A stretch of 64,000 nt of DNA from a phage, in sequence record NC_104726.1, one strand, 5' to 3'. Made by a program: the position numbers and the translations under genes. This document shows positions 46,499-54,514 of this stretch, one piece after another. Below the pieces are notes generated by a model. It worked only from the letters and a program-made list of their open reading frames with translations. It was not told the DNA's origin and ran no database searches. Within the stretch, counting starts at the first letter, position 1. Each line of letters opens with the position of its first letter.

Positions 46499-46957
46499 TC
46501 AACACTTTTTATACTCTACTACAACCACATCAATATCTGCAGTTGCAAGATTAATTACATCTTCTACGTGTTCCCACTTTAGACCGCCAATACCGCATCC
46601 GATTTTAGGAATGTAGAACGGCAATGACACACCTTTGAATACCTCGTTGACTCGCTCAAAACCTTTCATTATTGAGAAGTATTCAGCATTGGGCCCTGGG
46701 TAGAACTGGGTATACAGGTTGATTCCATATACGACCCTGTTCTTGGCAAAATGCTCCCAACAAGAAAACATACCCAGCTTGTCCAGATTACCATAGGCAG
46801 TCTCTTTGTCGGCTGCCAGTGCTTGAGGGAACTCACGGGCAATATCTTTCGCTATGCCTGCACCCATTGTATGAAAGCAGTTACAACCGTGGATCAGGTG
46901 ACCAGCACCGCTCTTAAAAAGGGAGATTAAATCTCCACCTACAGTATCAATAATCAC
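46499..46957 (-). CDS. macrodomain protein (ADP-ribose binding/processing)
   Basis: HGCNCFHTMGAGIAKDIAREFP and IGCGIGGLKWEHV resemble the two macrodomain glycine-rich motifs. Confidence 0.55.
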   Translation of the reverse strand: MIIDTVGGDLISLFKSGAGHLIHGCNCFHTMGAGIAKDIAREFPQALAADKETAYGNLDKLGMFSCWEHFAKNRVVYGINLYTQFYPGPNAEYFSIMKGFERVNEVFKGVSLPFYIPKIGCGIGGLKWEHVEDVINLATADIDVVVVEYKKC

Positions 46958-47372
46958 GGTATGTCAGCTCCTCTTCCGCAATTTCAAAAAACTCATCCCA
47001 ACCTTGTGGCATATTTGAGTTGCCGAAGTGGCTTTCATAGTAAAGGTTCTCACCACTTGGGAGATAGAAATCTGTTACCTCGTAGAATCCACAATCGTCG
47101 CACTCGCCTTCTTCAAACTTGGCCTCAACCTTAATACCTAGGAAGGTGAAAAGTTTATGGATATCTTCAGTTTCGAACTCCCAGCAGATATTGTTTTCCG
47201 CATCGGTGTAGAACTGGATCAGCAGACCATTATCCAGTTTACCAAAATATTCTGTGAAGTAACTACCTTCCCAGAAATCTTTATGACAAATAATATCCAT
47301 GCGCTTGCCCATGATAAAGGTGTGGGCGTTTTGGGCATCGTCACGAATCAGTTTTGGCATTTCATAGATCAT
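46947..47372 (-). CDS. hypothetical acidic protein
   Basis: Track ORF, overlaps neighbour. Confidence 0.4.
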   Translation of the reverse strand: MIYEMPKLIRDDAQNAHTFIMGKRMDIICHKDFWEGSYFTEYFGKLDNGLLIQFYTDAENNICWEFETEDIHKLFTFLGIKVEAKFEEGECDDCGFYEVTDFYLPSGENLYYESHFGNSNMPQGWDEFFEIAEEELTYRDY

Positions 47373-47440
47373 CTTAGTTCTCCGGGTTCAACAGGTGGTG
47401 GTGCTACAGGAAGATCATAAAACATGGCTATCACAGTCTC

Positions 47441-47638
47441 TTACACAGGAATTGCTTCAAATAGACCGTTATCTATACCGTCCTTCAGATAGAGATTATA
47501 TTCTATGTCGGTATCTGTATAAAGGGCAGCATCCAGCATTCTATCTGTGAGTCCATCCATTGGGTGGAGAAACCACCACCCACGCCAGTCAAAGTAACAG
47601 CCTGGTGCATCTTCTCTTACACGGATTCGATAAATCAT
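47441..47638 (-). CDS. hypothetical small protein
   Basis: Track ORF, co-oriented. Confidence 0.3.
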   Translation of the reverse strand: MIYRIRVREDAPGCYFDWRGWWFLHPMDGLTDRMLDAALYTDTDIEYNLYLKDGIDNGLFEAIPV

Positions 47639-47734
47639 GGGCAGTGGTCTCCTGTTAGTTATACATCCCAGTTTTCTTCGTTCATCGCGTCCTCCCGTTT
47701 TATGAAGTTATAATTGCACACCTTTCAACCTGTG

Positions 47735-48151
47735 TCAACAGAAAACTTCAACAAATTCTTCCACAGTTTTAATGTCATGGGAAAAAGGTTTACGGCTATA
47801 ACGGGCAATAGCACTATCAACCACCGCCCGATACTCAAGATCTTCAGAATATTTCATGAAGCATTGCAGCGTCTCTGGGCAGATAGCTAAATAGCTCCAC
47901 CACCCTTCTTCAGATTGGTAGTCGAATCCCATACTTTCCAACCATGAAGCATATACTCCTGCACCCTCAAGCCAGTGAGTATTTTCATCCAGAAACTTGT
48001 TAATAGACATGTGAGCTTCTAAGCATTTATCCAGCTCTTTTCCGTTAACCAGCCACGCACTGACCGTGGCGCATCCAAGGTCTACAGATTGAGTTGACAG
48101 GTTGTATTGGTCATAGTTCTCAGGTTTAACAATGATATCTTCTAATGTCAT
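47735..48151 (-). CDS. hypothetical protein
   Basis: AAGGAGA RBS on the minus strand. Confidence 0.4.
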   Translation of the reverse strand: MTLEDIIVKPENYDQYNLSTQSVDLGCATVSAWLVNGKELDKCLEAHMSINKFLDENTHWLEGAGVYASWLESMGFDYQSEEGWWSYLAICPETLQCFMKYSEDLEYRAVVDSAIARYSRKPFSHDIKTVEEFVEVFC

Positions 48152-48170
48152 TTTTCAGATCTCCTTATAC

Positions 48171-48198
48171 AAAAATGCCCCACCCTTTCGGGCAGGGC
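48171..48198 (-). terminator. rho-independent terminator (element also found at 59792..59818)
   Basis: Minus strand GCCCTGCCC-GAAA-GGGTGGGGC followed by ATTTTTG. Confidence 0.5.
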
Positions 48199-48213
48199 TA
48201 TGTTAACTAGGTG

Positions 48214-48837
48214 CTAAAAGTATTCGTAGAGGTATCCATCGGGGGCTGGAATTTTTTCATGAATGTAGTAATCAACACATATTCCGGTTTCTCTTCTACA
48301 AGAATTGTGGGATACCCATTCTTTAAGAACGTTTCCATTCATGTCCAGCCTCCTTACATTTTTACACCGTCTACCGCTGGTGCTTCTATGCAATAGAATA
48401 TCCTCCGTCTGCTTGTCTTTATTTTCTCCCCAGGTCGTTAAACGGATATTATCAAAAGAGTACCCTTTGAAATCATCTATCCTGTCACAAGAAGGCTTTT
48501 TCCTTTTGTCGTATCCGCTGGCTACCCACTGATCATACAACTCTTTGTAACCGTTCAGGTATAGCCACTCCTTAAACTCTTTTTTGGTGTAAGTCGGAGG
48601 CGGGTGACCTCTTTGCTTGCTGTTGCACTTTTGAGCCTTGTACAGCACGCGTATTACACCTTTTTCTGAAGAGTCGTGGGAAAATTGGTCAGCCTCCCTG
48701 CTGGCCTTCTTGCAACACTCTTTGCACTTATTAAGATGACCGTCAGACATCTTTGGGTGTTTGTAGAACTCGGAGAGGTTTTTCACCTCTCCGCACTTGA
48801 TGCACCTCTTACAATGCGTGGATTCTACTTTTGCCAT
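48214..48837 (-). CDS. HNH_3-like endonuclease-fold protein with zinc finger; first His of the motif replaced by Arg
   Basis: [23 protein letters not shown] aligns to the HNH_3 pattern (DHIDGN...NLRLVT..EN); N-terminal CKRCIKCG; start taken at MAKVESTHC. Confidence 0.45.
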   Translation of the reverse strand: MAKVESTHCKRCIKCGEVKNLSEFYKHPKMSDGHLNKCKECCKKASREADQFSHDSSEKGVIRVLYKAQKCNSKQRGHPPPTYTKKEFKEWLYLNGYKELYDQWVASGYDKRKKPSCDRIDDFKGYSFDNIRLTTWGENKDKQTEDILLHRSTSGRRCKNVRRLDMNGNVLKEWVSHNSCRRETGICVDYYIHEKIPAPDGYLYEYF

Positions 48838-50080
48838 ATTGCAAACCCACCGGAGCGAAAGGTATGTCATCACAGAACTCATACTGTGCTGGATTCTGAT
48901 CCATTGGGTCATCTTCCTCATCATTTACAGGAGGAGCGTCTACAGTGTTTTGCTGTGGAGCTGCTTCCTGTTTGGCAGCCTGAGGTTCTTGATGGTCAGT
49001 GGACTCAGCACCGTTCTTGATCCAATCGTACAACGGCTCAGCCAGATTAGTCAAGACATCTTTTGCTTCTGCAGTAATTGCCGCTGCAAAATCATCAACT
49101 TTCGTTTTCTTGTCAATACGGCGACAAGCGTTCAACACCGCATTACCGACACTGGCACCTACTTCATCTTCAGTTCGGTTGGTGGCTTGAGCATACTCTT
49201 TCTTAAGCTCAATAGTGACTACGTGTAGTGTTTTAGCCACTCCTAGTGGGTCGTCTACCTTAAACCCGCGATCCAGGATGATTTGCAACGCATTGATGCT
49301 ATGCCCCGTTTCCACACCGATAGGGTCGTAAGAGGATTTACGCTTGCCACCAGAGCCTTGAGTACCGTTCTCTGCCTTAGGAGGATAGGCTTTGAAACCA
49401 CTGATAATGTTTCCGGTGTCTTTGTCAACAATGGCTGCAACACGACCACCTACCACCAGGTCTTTAAGCTGCTCATCAGTTACAACCATAGCACCTTCGC
49501 CAATCTTGTGGTCATTAACAGTAACCACGTTGCCAACAATCTGAGTCACATCACCATAGATGCGTAAAACGTCCTGATTGGCATTCTGCTGAGGTTTCTG
49601 CTTCTGGCCTTGTGATTGTGCACCTTGTTGCTGTTTTTGCTGCTGAGTCGCTGCTGGAGCCTCTCCTGCACCCAGCTTAACCATCTTAGCCAGTGAGCCT
49701 TTGTAGTAGGTCTTACCGTTATGCTCGTTTGCCTTCAAAGGGATATTTACGATCCATCCTGGCGTTACGGTTTCCCACTTGTCATCAATTTTAACAGAGA
49801 CAGAGTCTTGATGACCCGGTTTAAGCAGCTTATCGCCCATACTGATCCAAACTTCTTCACCACCTTGAAGTAGGTTATCAGAGGAATCCAGTTCAGAAAT
49901 CAGTAAAGAGATGGTGTGGCTGGACTCAATTTTCTTACCTTGCCACACAGTGGTTTTAATACCTGTTGTAGGATCAGCACCTTTGATAGGCTTGATGCTG
50001 ACGCGTTTAATCATGCCGTGAGCCAGTAAAACAGTTTCACGCGGATTCATCGGGTTAGCGAATTGTTGAATAACGCTCAT
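48809..50080 (-). CDS. putative ssDNA-binding protein
   Basis: Gln/Ala-rich linker and acidic tail ...[23 protein letters not shown] like the bacterial SSB C-terminal DDIPF; position next to replication genes. Confidence 0.4.
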   Translation of the reverse strand: MSVIQQFANPMNPRETVLLAHGMIKRVSIKPIKGADPTTGIKTTVWQGKKIESSHTISLLISELDSSDNLLQGGEEVWISMGDKLLKPGHQDSVSVKIDDKWETVTPGWIVNIPLKANEHNGKTYYKGSLAKMVKLGAGEAPAATQQQKQQQGAQSQGQKQKPQQNANQDVLRIYGDVTQIVGNVVTVNDHKIGEGAMVVTDEQLKDLVVGGRVAAIVDKDTGNIISGFKAYPPKAENGTQGSGGKRKSSYDPIGVETGHSINALQIILDRGFKVDDPLGVAKTLHVVTIELKKEYAQATNRTEDEVGASVGNAVLNACRRIDKKTKVDDFAAAITAEAKDVLTNLAEPLYDWIKNGAESTDHQEPQAAKQEAAPQQNTVDAPPVNDEEDDPMDQNPAQYEFCDDIPFAPVGLQYGKSRIHAL

Positions 50081-50445
50081 TCTTTGTCTCCTTGTTCTTC
50101 GTTAGTGTTTGCCGTGTGTGCAAACCCTGCTTGAATTAATTTGTCCTGAACTTGAGCCAACAGGCCCATTGCAAAACTTGTGGTCCCAGAGAGGGCCATC
50201 AACATATCTCGTTGTTGAGCTACCCAACCTAAGGCATAGTCCAAACGACGATATTTTTCTTCTTCACGCAGAGCCTGAAATAATTGTTCAGCCTCCGGTT
50301 GTTGTGTGAGCTCCTGAAGTCTTCCCATGAAAGAAGAAAGCACTAGCAAAAGAGACACTTGATCTTTACTTAACCCTAAGAAAAATTCTTGAGGTTGTTC
50401 TTGCTCGTTCATCGCAACCGACTCTTGATCGTTCATTTGTTCCAT
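50077..50445 (-). CDS. hypothetical protein
   Basis: Track ORF, overlapping stop-start. Confidence 0.4.
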   Translation of the reverse strand: MEQMNDQESVAMNEQEQPQEFFLGLSKDQVSLLLVLSSFMGRLQELTQQPEAEQLFQALREEEKYRRLDYALGWVAQQRDMLMALSGTTSFAMGLLAQVQDKLIQAGFAHTANTNEEQGDKE

Positions 50446-50528
50446 TATGGAATCTCCGATTTTATTTGAACAACATAGAAGGAGACACTATTTTAGCATC
50501 CCCTTCTGTAAATTACAATAGGTATTTG

Positions 50529-50774
50529 TTAGCCAATCACTTCGAAAGTTCCCCAATTCCCGTCCAGCAGGCAGGTGATCGGATCCCCATCGTCGTCAAA
50601 GATTTCAAAGTTTTCAGCATCCAGGATGTGGCCCTCGAACACAATACTTTCGTCGCCACCGCCAGAGATAACAGCATATTCCTTGCCTTGAGTCAAGTTT
50701 TGACACCCTTTGCCACCAAAACCTACTTCAACACAACGTACTTTCTGTCCTGCGCGAGCAACTGCTTCAGTCAT
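50529..50774 (-). CDS. hypothetical small protein
   Basis: Track ORF, co-oriented. Confidence 0.35.
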   Translation of the reverse strand: MTEAVARAGQKVRCVEVGFGGKGCQNLTQGKEYAVISGGGDESIVFEGHILDAENFEIFDDDGDPITCLLDGNWGTFEVIG

Positions 50775-50791
50775 CTTAAGGTCTCCTGATA

Positions 50792-51112
50792 TTAATCGTC
50801 AAGTTCAAAATAGATTTTAACAGCTTCATCAAAGATTGGAATCCCGATGTTGTTGATAAGCTGCCAAACTACCATATCTTTACCTGGGTCTGGGAGAATG
50901 TCAACCTTTCTCCATGCGCTGTATATCCAGTTTGGACCACCTTCTGCACTAACTGGCAGATTTTCACCAGCCTCCTGCAGATACTTATACAGCAAAAGAT
51001 ATTCTGGATACTCTAGAACACTGTCCTCTGTAGTATATAGCAGTTCACGGTATACTTTTAAGAACCCTGCTGGGGTGATGTTTTCAGTCTTCATTTGCTG
51101 CTTCTCCTGCAT
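50792..51112 (-). CDS. hypothetical protein
   Basis: Track ORF, co-oriented. Confidence 0.35.
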   Translation of the reverse strand: MQEKQQMKTENITPAGFLKVYRELLYTTEDSVLEYPEYLLLYKYLQEAGENLPVSAEGGPNWIYSAWRKVDILPDPGKDMVVWQLINNIGIPIFDEAVKIYFELDD

Positions 51113-51476
51113 TCATCAGATCTGCCATAGCGTCACCCACGAAGAGAACAACCACATCGTTGACCGCGTCAGCATCATCTTTGTTGACGTTGCTGAATTT
51201 AGGACACACAGCAATAATCATATAGACACCGTTACCAACCTGAACTGTCCGTGTGGTGCACATCATGGCTGTATTTGTACCTTCTTTGAAAGCGAATCCT
51301 TGAAGACGCTCCTCCAAAGTGTTACCGGTAGATTTCAGAAGCGCCAGCTCGTCCAAGGCATAGATGATATCTCCGGAAGTTAGTGTTGCCTTGCCATCAG
51401 ACACCATAATCACTCCATCAGCACCGTCAAGCTTAGAGGCTTCAAAGATATCGATATCCCAAATATTTTTCATCAC
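51084..51476 (-). CDS. hypothetical protein
   Basis: Track ORF, co-oriented. Confidence 0.35.
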   Translation of the reverse strand: MMKNIWDIDIFEASKLDGADGVIMVSDGKATLTSGDIIYALDELALLKSTGNTLEERLQGFAFKEGTNTAMMCTTRTVQVGNGVYMIIAVCPKFSNVNKDDADAVNDVVVLFVGDAMADLMNAGEAANED

Positions 51477-51793
51477 GCTTCCTCGTCGTCTAAGGAGTTG
51501 AAGATTTCACCGAAATATTCTAAGACTTCTAGCTCTCGTGTGGTGCAGAAAACACAGTCACCGTTGTCATCCTCGATAACGGCCTCTTTACCCAGCACAT
51601 CTACTTCAAGTTTATCGTTCAACAGGACGGCCCCTGTGTAAACTTTGTCAGCTGTGCAGTCCCGAAAAGCAGAGTCCTTCTCTAGATAGTCTGGCTTAAC
51701 CTTGGCTTTAATTCGTTGATATTGTTTGGTCATTGCTGTGGTCCCCTTTCGTTTTGATAGGACCATTGTATTAGGTCCTATCGCTGTTGTCAA
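51473..51793 (-). CDS. hypothetical protein (tandem paralog of 51797..52051)
   Basis: Shares KPDYLEKDSAFRDCT and DDNGDCVFCT blocks with the neighbour. Confidence 0.4.
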   Translation of the reverse strand: MTTAIGPNTMVLSKRKGTTAMTKQYQRIKAKVKPDYLEKDSAFRDCTADKVYTGAVLLNDKLEVDVLGKEAVIEDDNGDCVFCTTRELEVLEYFGEIFNSLDDEEA

Positions 51794-51796
51794 GTA

Positions 51797-52051
51797 TTAA
51801 TGTTCAGTTTTTACAAAAACTACTTCGTTAACAGTGCACCAGACAGAGTCTCCTTCATCATCTTTAAAGGTAAGGCACTGTGCTGAGTTTTCCAGCTCAT
51901 CAAGCTCTTCTTGTGATAGAGGGGCCCCTTCTTCCAAAAGGGCTTTTACCAAAGGGTTCTCACAAAACTCTGCTTCATAAGTAGCGCCAAGTGTGCAATC
52001 TTTAAAAGCTCGGTCGTTTGCAACGCATTCTGGTTTCAACATGATTTTCAT
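51797..52051 (-). CDS. hypothetical protein (tandem paralog of 51473..51793)
   Basis: KPECVANDRAFKDCT and DDEGDSVWCT blocks. Confidence 0.4.
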   Translation of the reverse strand: MKIMLKPECVANDRAFKDCTLGATYEAEFCENPLVKALLEEGAPLSQEELDELENSAQCLTFKDDEGDSVWCTVNEVVFVKTEH

Positions 52052-52127
52052 CTTAGAGGTCTCCTTAATTATTTAACAATCAATACTCTGTTTGTGAGGA
52101 GTATCTTACATCTAACCTTACTTCTTG

Positions 52128-52526
52128 TCAACGACTATTTTCAATCAGCCACACAGGGTCTAGGTAAATTTGTTGGCGTGTTGCCCAATGACAAACTTCA
52201 TTGTACATCTGAATCTCTTTGTCCGTCAGTTCACGAATAGGCTCATCTATACCCTCATTTTTGTGGTAATCCCAGTCGGCATCGATCTCCCACAACCACG
52301 ACTTGTTGTCACCACGCTTACGCACACAGAAGTCACCGGGACGGCCTGCCAATGCATTTAAGAACTCGTTCTCCGCTCGCTCCTGAAGAATACTAAGGAG
52401 CAAAACGTTGGAGCATGACCGTAAAATATGCTTCAGCTCACAATCATCAATCTCAACTTCAATACGTTGTTTGACTGTGTGGGTACCTTTTACTAACATC
52501 CTACCTCCTCTAAACGAACTCTGCAA
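52128..52526 (-). CDS. hypothetical protein
   Basis: Track ORF, co-oriented. Confidence 0.4.
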   Translation of the reverse strand: MQSSFRGGRMLVKGTHTVKQRIEVEIDDCELKHILRSCSNVLLLSILQERAENEFLNALAGRPGDFCVRKRGDNKSWLWEIDADWDYHKNEGIDEPIRELTDKEIQMYNEVCHWATRQQIYLDPVWLIENSR

Positions 52527-52704
52527 GAGTTGTGTTGTTCACTGCACCGCAGTAAATGGAGTATCCCAGCCCATTAGAGTGCAGAAACCACGGCGTGCCG
52601 AAATTATCTTTCACGTAGACATCGCCGTTGTTTGTAAAGGGCCAATATTCTTCACCAAGGGTAAAATACCTATTCATACCTTCAGCAAGATACTTTACTT
52701 TCAT
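52510..52704 (-). CDS. hypothetical small protein (paralog group with 52701 and 52925)
   Basis: FTLGEEY...G.PWFL pattern shared with the next two genes. Confidence 0.3.
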   Translation of the reverse strand: MKVKYLAEGMNRYFTLGEEYWPFTNNGDVYVKDNFGTPWFLHSNGLGYSIYCGAVNNTTLAEFV

Positions 52705-52928
52705 AGGTCCTCTTCAACAACTACAAACTTGGCAAGCAAAGTGGTTCCGTAGATATGATACTCACCGTTTGCCAGGTGAGAGATATACCAGTCAACCCCT
52801 TCCTCGTCTTTAATCATTTTGTTTGCACGAGCTTTATCGTAATAAACCTCGTAGGTCTTTCCTTCTTTAAAGAATGACATGTCTGTCATCTTTTCTTCTA
52901 CAAAGGTGGCTTTAACCAAAGTCGTCAT
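52701..52928 (-). CDS. hypothetical small protein (paralog group)
   Basis: FFKEGKTYEV...GVDWYISHL pattern. Confidence 0.35.
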   Translation of the reverse strand: MTTLVKATFVEEKMTDMSFFKEGKTYEVYYDKARANKMIKDEEGVDWYISHLANGEYHIYGTTLLAKFVVVEEDL

Positions 52929-53242
52929 TGATCGGTCTCCTTCTTGTTAAGTCTGAATACTGCAATAATAGCATTCCCAAGGTGCAGTGTCAAGTCATTT
53001 CCAAGATACCACAGCATCCCACGGTCATCTTTAATGAAAGGGTAACAATCTGGTGCCTTCCAGACATTGTACACTTTCCCAACCTGAAAGAAATCAGGCC
53101 CTGTTGGGATTTTGGTGCCAGGCCACACTTGAGATACCTGAACACACTCCACCTGCATAATAACAGGGATAGTCATGGATGTAAATGTTTTTGTTGGTTC
53201 TACTACCATAAAAGTCTCCTCTTTGCTCAACAACACTTCCAT
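52925..53242 (-). CDS. hypothetical protein (paralog group)
   Basis: FFQVGKVYNV...GMLWYLGNDL pattern; start taken at the internal Met to avoid overlap with the polymerase exon 2. Confidence 0.35.
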   Translation of the reverse strand: MEVLLSKEETFMVVEPTKTFTSMTIPVIMQVECVQVSQVWPGTKIPTGPDFFQVGKVYNVWKAPDCYPFIKDDRGMLWYLGNDLTLHLGNAIIAVFRLNKKETDQ

Positions 53243-53258
53243 GTGTTGATAGTTTACA

Positions 53259-53612
53259 TTAGTGACAATCACCCCAATTACGACCACACAAGTATTCACC
53301 TGTGATCTGGAACGGGACGCCCATCATTTTAGAAGCTTGCCAGAAGCAATGCACCACCATTTCACCCACAGGGCTCCAGATAAGTTCAAGCTTTCCGTCA
53401 TCATTCAGGATAGGATCGTACACCGTGTTTCCGTCTCTGTCAACCACTTCGTTTCCGTCCTCATCCTTGCGTGCCTTTTTGTACTTATGACCGTCGAACA
53501 CATGAAGTTTGGCCTCCTGCTCTGCCTTAAATGCTTCCAGTTCTTCGATTGTGTCGAAGGTGTACACAGTCTTATACTTCGGTGTGTCAGGGACTTGAAG
53601 TTGGTACTCATC
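53259..53612 (-). CDS. family A DNA polymerase, exon 2 (motif C and C-terminus)
   Basis: Begins DEYQLQV (completes the HDE motif when joined to exon 1); C-terminal ...VPFQITGEYLCGRNWGDCH resembles the Pol I terminus ...VPLLVEVGSGENWDQAH; intron upstream ends in G. Confidence 0.7.
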   Translation of the reverse strand, partial: DEYQLQVPDTPKYKTVYTFDTIEELEAFKAEQEAKLHVFDGHKYKKARKDEDGNEVVDRDGNTVYDPILNDDGKLELIWSPVGEMVVHCFWQASKMMGVPFQITGEYLCGRNWGDCH

Positions 53613-54514
53613 CAATAGTTCAGGTAGGTCGTTAAGCTACCCCGCACCATTACGTGCACAGCCATACAGTTTCCTGTATGGATCGGACTATCTCACTACC
53701 TTGTTACCAAGGCACCTCCCATTTCGACCGCACTTGCTGGCCTACTCTACTCGCTTCTTCGCACCAATTTATGTTGGCGCTATGCTTTCGATAGTCTCTG
53801 AACGTTACTACCAGGTGTAGTTTTTAGAGATATGTTTCCACTGTCTTCTTTGCTTTATGGCTCTGACCGTCTCATAAGGGTACCCAAGATCCCTAATCTC
53901 GCATTGTCGTAGACCACTCTGTAACAGTTCGCAAATCTCCGTTACCTCATCCTCGGTCAGCACAGCGTTGGCATTATACTCACCGACTGGCCTTACTCTG
54001 AGGTCATTATCATAAGCGTGTTTGATATTTCCCCCAGGGGTGGTCCATTCAAGGTTCCAGTATGCATTGTTGTATTTGTTTCCGTCCTTATGGTTCACCC
54101 ATGTGAGCCTTTCAGGATCAGGGTTTGATACAAAGCATTCGGCAACCAAGTGGTGGACACCTTTTGTGCACTGCTTCCCTTCGATGAACATGGTTACGCA
54201 AAGGTAACCTCGACCATTATCAAAACAAAACATTGTTGTATGATCACGTTTCGATAAAGGTATTGTTCCATCATCAAACACGGTATATCCGTGATAATCA
54301 ACTGATCTAGCCATTTTAACTACACCCCTTTAGTCTTCGCTGCGGATTAGCATATTGAGCTTTTACCATGTTTAGGTGTAAAAGTCAACTTAGCCTTCCC
54401 GTCAATTAAAGAGGTTTTCGACGTGCATCACTGCACGAAGCCACAATGTTATTTATGGTAATAGATAATACGACGGACACCTTCATCGTACCACCCACGC
54501 TTCACCATTTGGTG
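53613..54514 (-). other. group I intron in the DNA polymerase gene carrying an HNH endonuclease ORF
   Basis: On the minus strand: P-like AATTGACGGGAAGG (54406-54393), Q-like TAATCCGCAGCG (54349-54338), ORF, R-like GTTCAGAGACTATCG (53803-53784), S-like GAGATAGTCC (53694-53680); terminal G at 53613; exact 5' junction uncertain by one codon. Confidence 0.7.
53808..54314 (-). CDS. intron-encoded HNH homing endonuclease
   Basis: HHLVAECF...VNHKDGNKYNNAYWNLEWTTPGGN is a canonical HNH_3 motif; lies between the Q and R intron elements. Confidence 0.8.
   Translation of the reverse strand: MARSVDYHGYTVFDDGTIPLSKRDHTTMFCFDNGRGYLCVTMFIEGKQCTKGVHHLVAECFVSNPDPERLTWVNHKDGNKYNNAYWNLEWTTPGGNIKHAYDNDLRVRPVGEYNANAVLTEDEVTEICELLQSGLRQCEIRDLGYPYETVRAIKQRRQWKHISKNYTW

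Noticed and set aside
53613-54514. Polymerase encoded as two separately translated subunits split by a free-standing endonuclease gene
   Set aside because: The 3' part has no start codon with an RBS at the motif C junction, and the insert carries ordered P, Q, R, S elements and a terminal G, so splicing is favoured; not excluded without RNA data.
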